NCBI GenBank assembly: GCA_028277265.1
Contig: JANQGP010000213.1
Span: 1-48,782 of the forward strand
Source of the DNA: Woeseiaceae bacterium
GTDB lineage: Bacteria > Pseudomonadota > Gammaproteobacteria > Steroidobacterales > Woeseiaceae
DNA: 48,782 nt
Reading direction: 5' to 3'
Of this stretch, positions 45,092 through 48,782 are shown piece after piece. The notes under the pieces are model-generated. The model made no database searches. It was not told the origin of the DNA and worked only from the letters and a program-made list of their open reading frames with translations. Numbering within the stretch: position 1 is the first letter of the stretch; every line of letters starts with the position of its first letter. Position numbers and translations under genes: made by a program.

Positions 45092-45876
45092 TCGATGCTT
45101 TCGCTTTTCGCGAAGGCGATACACCGCTGCTGATCAGTGTGCCGCACGACGGCCGTCGTCTGCCGGCCGGCATGCGGGACTCGATGACTGCGGAGGGCAT
45201 CGCGCTGCCGGACACGGACCGGCATGTTGCCCGCCTCTATGAATTCGCCGGCGACCTCGGTGCGAATATCCTCGTCGCGAACTACTCGCGTTACGTCGTC
45301 GACCTGAATCGCCCTGCAACCGACGAGGCGCTGTATCCGGGGCAGGTCGCGACAGGCTTGTGCCCGAGACAGACGTTTGCCGGTGAGCCGATCTACCAGG
45401 GCGAGGCGGCCCCGGACATCGCGGCACGAGTAGAGTCTTACTGGAAGCCCTATCACGACAGGCTTCGGGCCACGCTGGATGCCCTGCGCGAGCGGCACGG
45501 TTACGCGCTGCTCTGGGATGCGCATTCGATTCCGAGCCGCGTGCCGCGGCTTTTCGACGGTGAATTGCCGGTGCTGAACATAGGTACGAACGACGGCGCA
45601 AGCTGCAATGCTTCGCTGGAACGAGCCATCAATGCCGTTGCGGCGTCGAGCGACTACAGCGCCGTTCTCAACGGGCGCTTTCGCGGCGGCTACATTACGA
45701 GGCACTACGGCGATCCGGGCAACGGCATTCACGCCGTGCAACTCGAGATTGCACAACGGGTCTACATGGACGAGCAGACGAAGACGTTCAACGCCGAAAA
45801 GGCGTCGGGTCTTCGTGATACGCTCCGCACCATGCTCGGGGTTTACCTCGATACTGCAGAGAACATGGGGGATTGA
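45088..45876 (+). CDS. hutG: N-formylglutamate amidohydrolase
   Basis: 262 aa. Motifs LISVPHDG, VDLNR and WDAHS. ATGA overlap with hutH. Pairs with hutF for the five-step pathway. Confidence 0.88.
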   Translation: MIDAFAFREGDTPLLISVPHDGRRLPAGMRDSMTAEGIALPDTDRHVARLYEFAGDLGANILVANYSRYVVDLNRPATDEALYPGQVATGLCPRQTFAGEPIYQGEAAPDIAARVESYWKPYHDRLRATLDALRERHGYALLWDAHSIPSRVPRLFDGELPVLNIGTNDGASCNASLERAINAVAASSDYSAVLNGRFRGGYITRHYGDPGNGIHAVQLEIAQRVYMDEQTKTFNAEKASGLRDTLRTMLGVYLDTAENMGD

Positions 45877-45878
45877 GA

Positions 45879-46421
45879 ATGGTGAAGCATCTTCTGGTCA
45901 TCGCATTGTTGCTGGCTTGCAGCGCCGGCATGAGCGGCTGTGCAACGTCGGCGGGCAGTCTCAACCGGCAGGCAGATCATGCGCTGGGCGTGTTTTCAGA
46001 GCAGGTGAACGGGTCCCAGGTCTTCCTGAACCAGGCGGCCGGCTACCTGGTGTTTCCGCGCGTCATCAAGGCGGGCGCCGGTGTCGGCGGCGAGTCCGGT
46101 GAAGGCGTGCTGCGCGTCGGGGGATCGACCGTGGCCTACTATCGGACGACGAGCGGCTCGATCGGCTTCCAGTTCGGCGCCCAGGCCAAGTCGATCGTCA
46201 TCGCGTTCATGACTCGCGAGGCGCTCGATCGCTTCCGCAGCTCCGAAGGCTGGCGCGTCGGCGTCGACGGCTCCGTCGCCTTGATCGATATCGGCGCCGG
46301 CAAGACGATCGATTCCGACAACATCCGCGATCCCGTTGTCGGCTTCATCTTCGGTTCGAAAGGCCTGATGTACAACCTGACGCTGGAAGGGACGAAGTTC
46401 ACGAAGCTCGACAAGACCTGA
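45879..46421 (+). CDS. lipoprotein with Ysc84/SYLF-like lipid-binding domain
   Basis: Start taken at ATG 45879 (MVKHLLVIALLLACSAGMSGC), which has a lipobox-like MSGC. The body motifs (GEGVLRV, FQFGAQAKSIVIAF, GFIFGSKGLMYNLTLEGTKF) resemble the SYLF/DUF500 domain. Confidence 0.6.
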   Translation: MVKHLLVIALLLACSAGMSGCATSAGSLNRQADHALGVFSEQVNGSQVFLNQAAGYLVFPRVIKAGAGVGGESGEGVLRVGGSTVAYYRTTSGSIGFQFGAQAKSIVIAFMTREALDRFRSSEGWRVGVDGSVALIDIGAGKTIDSDNIRDPVVGFIFGSKGLMYNLTLEGTKFTKLDKT

Positions 46422-46431
46422 CAGCCTGCCG

Positions 46432-46827
46432 ATGATCAACGGCTTCGTCGACAAGGGGCATGGCTGGTTTCGCCGGTGGTTTCGCAAGGTCTGGAGAGTG
46501 CGCGGCGGCGGCCTGTATGCCTGCGGTTTCGCGTTGACGTTCATCGTGCTCGAGATCGGCGCGCTCGCCGATGACGTCCTCGGCGTCGGTGCGGTTTTCA
46601 GGGGCCAGGCGATGGCGTTCCTCCTCGATTTCCTGATGGACTCGCTGATGAACACGCTCAAATCCTTCATGTGGCCCGTCTACGTCGTGCAGTTTGCGCC
46701 GCCCTGGGGTGCGATCGGTCTCGGTCTCGCATTCTGGCTGTTTCCGACGACGCTCAAGAAACCGATCGAACAGTGGTTGTTCCAGGACGAGCTCGAGGTG
46801 GCCGACGAACCCGAGTCGGGCCGCTAG
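46432..46827 (+). CDS. hypothetical small membrane protein
   Basis: 131 aa. Basic N-terminus, 2-3 hydrophobic helices and an acidic tail. Starts 10 nt after the lipoprotein gene. Confidence 0.5.
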   Translation: MINGFVDKGHGWFRRWFRKVWRVRGGGLYACGFALTFIVLEIGALADDVLGVGAVFRGQAMAFLLDFLMDSLMNTLKSFMWPVYVVQFAPPWGAIGLGLAFWLFPTTLKKPIEQWLFQDELEVADEPESGR

Positions 46828-47150
46828 TCTTTGAGAACCGGCCGCAGGTCCTCGAGCTTGTCGAACAGGTGCCAGATGTAATCTTCGGTGCCGTTCTCGC
46901 GGTGCTCGTGCAGGTCCGTTATCGCAGGATCATTGCAGTAGTTGTCGAATGCCTGCCGAGATTCCCACTCGACGAGAATCAGGACCTGGCGCGGTTTGAT
47001 GTCGCCGACTTCGGCCTCCCGGAACCTGCCGAGAGCCACGACGCGGCCGCCGTGCTTGCCCACTTCCGAGGCCGAGCGGCGCGAGTAGGCGAGGTACTCG
47101 TCCTTGCTGGAGACGTCGAAGAGGTTGAGGGCGTAAACGGGCCCGGACAT
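46824..47150 (-). CDS. DUF1330 domain protein
   Basis: 108 aa. MSGPVYALNLFDV...YLAYSRRS...GGRVVA...ILVEWESRQAFDNYCNDP matches the DUF1330 pattern. Its stop overlaps the convergent upstream gene in a CTAG. Confidence 0.75.
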   Translation of the reverse strand: MSGPVYALNLFDVSSKDEYLAYSRRSASEVGKHGGRVVALGRFREAEVGDIKPRQVLILVEWESRQAFDNYCNDPAITDLHEHRENGTEDYIWHLFDKLEDLRPVLKD

Positions 47151-47342
47151 GATCGCTTCAGCCCCCCTGTTTCCCGGGCCTATAAGAAACCCCGGCCAAT
47201 GCGATCGAGCTCGCTGTCAGCGCCGGTACGGCACGCAATGTGCAAATCCGGTTGAGCATTTCCCGTCCCTCGACTGTCGAATGACCATGGTACCGCGGAT
47301 GAACCGCCAGATCTCAGGGTCCTGTCAAGACGAGCTACAATC

Positions 47343-48539
47343 ATGGGTATGAAGACATCACTCGTTTCGGCCCTGATCCTGCAGTTCTCCATCGCGAACG
47401 TGGCGATCGCGGCGGATCAGAACGTCCTCGGGCAGGCGACCGTCTCCCACATGCCCGACTCGGTCCGGACCTCCGTGTCGAAGATCGTCATCCTGCCCAC
47501 CGACGGCTCGAGCAGCGAATCCGTGAAAGGCACCTACGACCGCAAGACCGACGGTGTCCTCGGCGGCATGGCCAAGGGCGCCGGTATCGGCACGATCCCG
47601 GTCGAGGTAGGCCATGTTCCGGTGGGCATTCCGATCCCGATCCTGCGGGAACTCGGCATGATCGCGGGCGCGATTGCCGGTGGTACGGACCGGCAGGTCC
47701 AGGAATTCCGCGATCGTCTCACCGAGGACCTGCGGAGCACCGTGGACCAGCCGCTCACCAACGATTCCCTGGCCAACGATGTTTACTGGGGGCTGCGTCG
47801 TGTCGACGAGCTGCAGCCCAGGCTGTTTGCGCTGACGACGCCGGTCCCGGAAGACACCGAAGCGCTGCTGTACGTTGCGATTACGGATCTCAGTATCAAC
47901 GTGCAGAAGAACGAGGCGATCATCTCGTCGACGGCGCTTGCGCGGCTCGAGCGATACAGCGACGGCAGCACGCTCTATCGCGGAGAAATCAAGTACGAGG
48001 ATCGGGACACGCTGTCCAACTGGACGAGAAACGATGCGATCCTGTGGCGCGAATACCGCAACTTCGCGCGCCACTACATCGGCCGTGAGATCTCTGCCCT
48101 GTTGTTCGAGCGTATCGACGTCGATCACGACGTGGAACCGGACAGGAGCGACTCGATCAGGGCGAACAAGAAGAACATCTGGTCGGGAAGAACGAAGACC
48201 CGGACACCCACGCTCGTATGGCGCAGCGATCTCGGCGATTCCGGTATCGACCCGGCGAGCATCACCTGGGATATCGAAATCTACGACCGGCAACGTCCGA
48301 TCTATTCCGCGACCAGCGTACGCGGTACGAACCACACCCCCGACCTTCCGCTCGAATCCTGCGGCGATCTTTACTGGACCGTCCGGCCGACCTATACGAT
48401 TGACGGTGATACGAAAGTCGGCCGCTGGATGCGACGGCCAATGGACGGCGGTGCGAGCAACGGCAACGTTGGCCGGAGCGTCTCGACCGCGCACGCGTAC
48501 GTTCAGGACTTCGCTCTGTTGCAGGTTTCGTGCCGGTAG
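47343..48539 (+). CDS. hypothetical secreted protein
   Basis: 398 aa with a signal peptide (KTSLVSALILQFSIANVAIAADQ). No recognisable family. The only two Cys residues lie in the C-terminal part. Confidence 0.55.
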   Translation: MGMKTSLVSALILQFSIANVAIAADQNVLGQATVSHMPDSVRTSVSKIVILPTDGSSSESVKGTYDRKTDGVLGGMAKGAGIGTIPVEVGHVPVGIPIPILRELGMIAGAIAGGTDRQVQEFRDRLTEDLRSTVDQPLTNDSLANDVYWGLRRVDELQPRLFALTTPVPEDTEALLYVAITDLSINVQKNEAIISSTALARLERYSDGSTLYRGEIKYEDRDTLSNWTRNDAILWREYRNFARHYIGREISALLFERIDVDHDVEPDRSDSIRANKKNIWSGRTKTRTPTLVWRSDLGDSGIDPASITWDIEIYDRQRPIYSATSVRGTNHTPDLPLESCGDLYWTVRPTYTIDGDTKVGRWMRRPMDGGASNGNVGRSVSTAHAYVQDFALLQVSCR

Positions 48540-48563
48540 AGGAAGGCCGGCGGTCGCCCCCGG

Positions 48564-48782
48564 TTATGCCTGCTCAGGTTCCGCGAGCTTCTGCTGCTCT
48601 TCGGCACGAATCGCGAATTCATCCTGCCACTTCGAGCGGTGTGACGCCGGGGCGATCTGCACGGCAGTAACCTTGTACTCGGGGCAGTTGGTTGCCCAGT
48701 CGCTGTGCTCGGTCGTCACGACATTGGCGCCCGTCTCCGGGTTGTGAAAGGTGGTGTAGACGACGCCCGGCTTGACCCGTGT
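48564..48782 (-). CDS. formate dehydrogenase alpha subunit-like molybdopterin oxidoreductase, C-terminal fragment (5' end beyond the window)
   Basis: Not in the ORF track because it is truncated by the window edge. My hand translation of the reverse strand is TRVKPGVVYTTFHNPETGANVVTTEHSDWATNCPEYKVTAVQIAPASHRSKWQDEF...EPEQA*. This is the conserved C-terminal molybdopterin dinucleotide-binding tail of FdsA/FdhF-type enzymes. Confidence 0.7.
   Translation of the reverse strand, partial: TRVKPGVVYTTFHNPETGANVVTTEHSDWATNCPEYKVTAVQIAPASHRSKWQDEFAIRAEEQQKLAEPEQA

Noticed and set aside
1-48782. A scan for mobile elements, CRISPR repeats, integrases, toxin-antitoxin pairs and phage genes that would mark a classical genomic or defence island.
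   Set aside because: I recognised no transposase, integrase, recombinase or phage-like ORF, no direct-repeat array and no tRNA attachment site. Every intergenic region is under 200 bp. Compositional evidence for horizontal origin of the rSAM genes rests on a few hand-counted lines only.

Overview
High-GC, tightly packed chromosomal segment. The gene content (PuuD/PuuE-type purine catabolism, five-step HutF/HutG histidine pathway) suggests a gammaproteobacterium, but that is an inference. I call about 49 protein-coding genes. By eye I found no rRNA, tRNA, CRISPR array, transposase, integrase or phage genes. Layout: (i) 64-4636 holds an envelope or secreted module: a DUF4956-like membrane protein, an unknown ORF, a CotH-like secreted protein, and a secreted metallophosphoesterase with a kinase-like C-terminal domain. 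(ii) 4761-15211 is a collinear 10-gene purine catabolic operon (uraH-xdhABC-puuD-puuE-uraD-alc-allA-guaD). (iii) 15252-25903 holds mixed housekeeping and signalling genes: OsmC, CBS, glycerate kinase, two divergent Gpt-like phosphoribosyltransferase paralogs plus a LOG-family gene, an AlbA_2/Schlafen-like protein, an APH-type kinase, a GGDEF cyclase and a redoxin. (iv) 25960-37276 is the most unusual part. It is an orphan cluster of four paralogous B12-binding radical SAM enzymes in two head-to-head pairs. With them are a GH3-family adenylating amido-synthetase, two unassignable acyltransferase-like ORFs, a TLC-like MFS transporter coupled to a YdjA-like nitroreductase, and a small membrane protein. 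(v) 37295-45876 holds an MFS efflux gene and a complete hut locus (hutI | hutF-hutC-hutU-hutH-hutG) with a perfect HutC-type operator palindrome. (vi) 45879-48782 holds small envelope proteins, DUF1330, an unknown secreted protein and the 3' end of a formate-dehydrogenase-like alpha subunit. All family assignments come from motif recognition in the supplied translations; no database search was possible.
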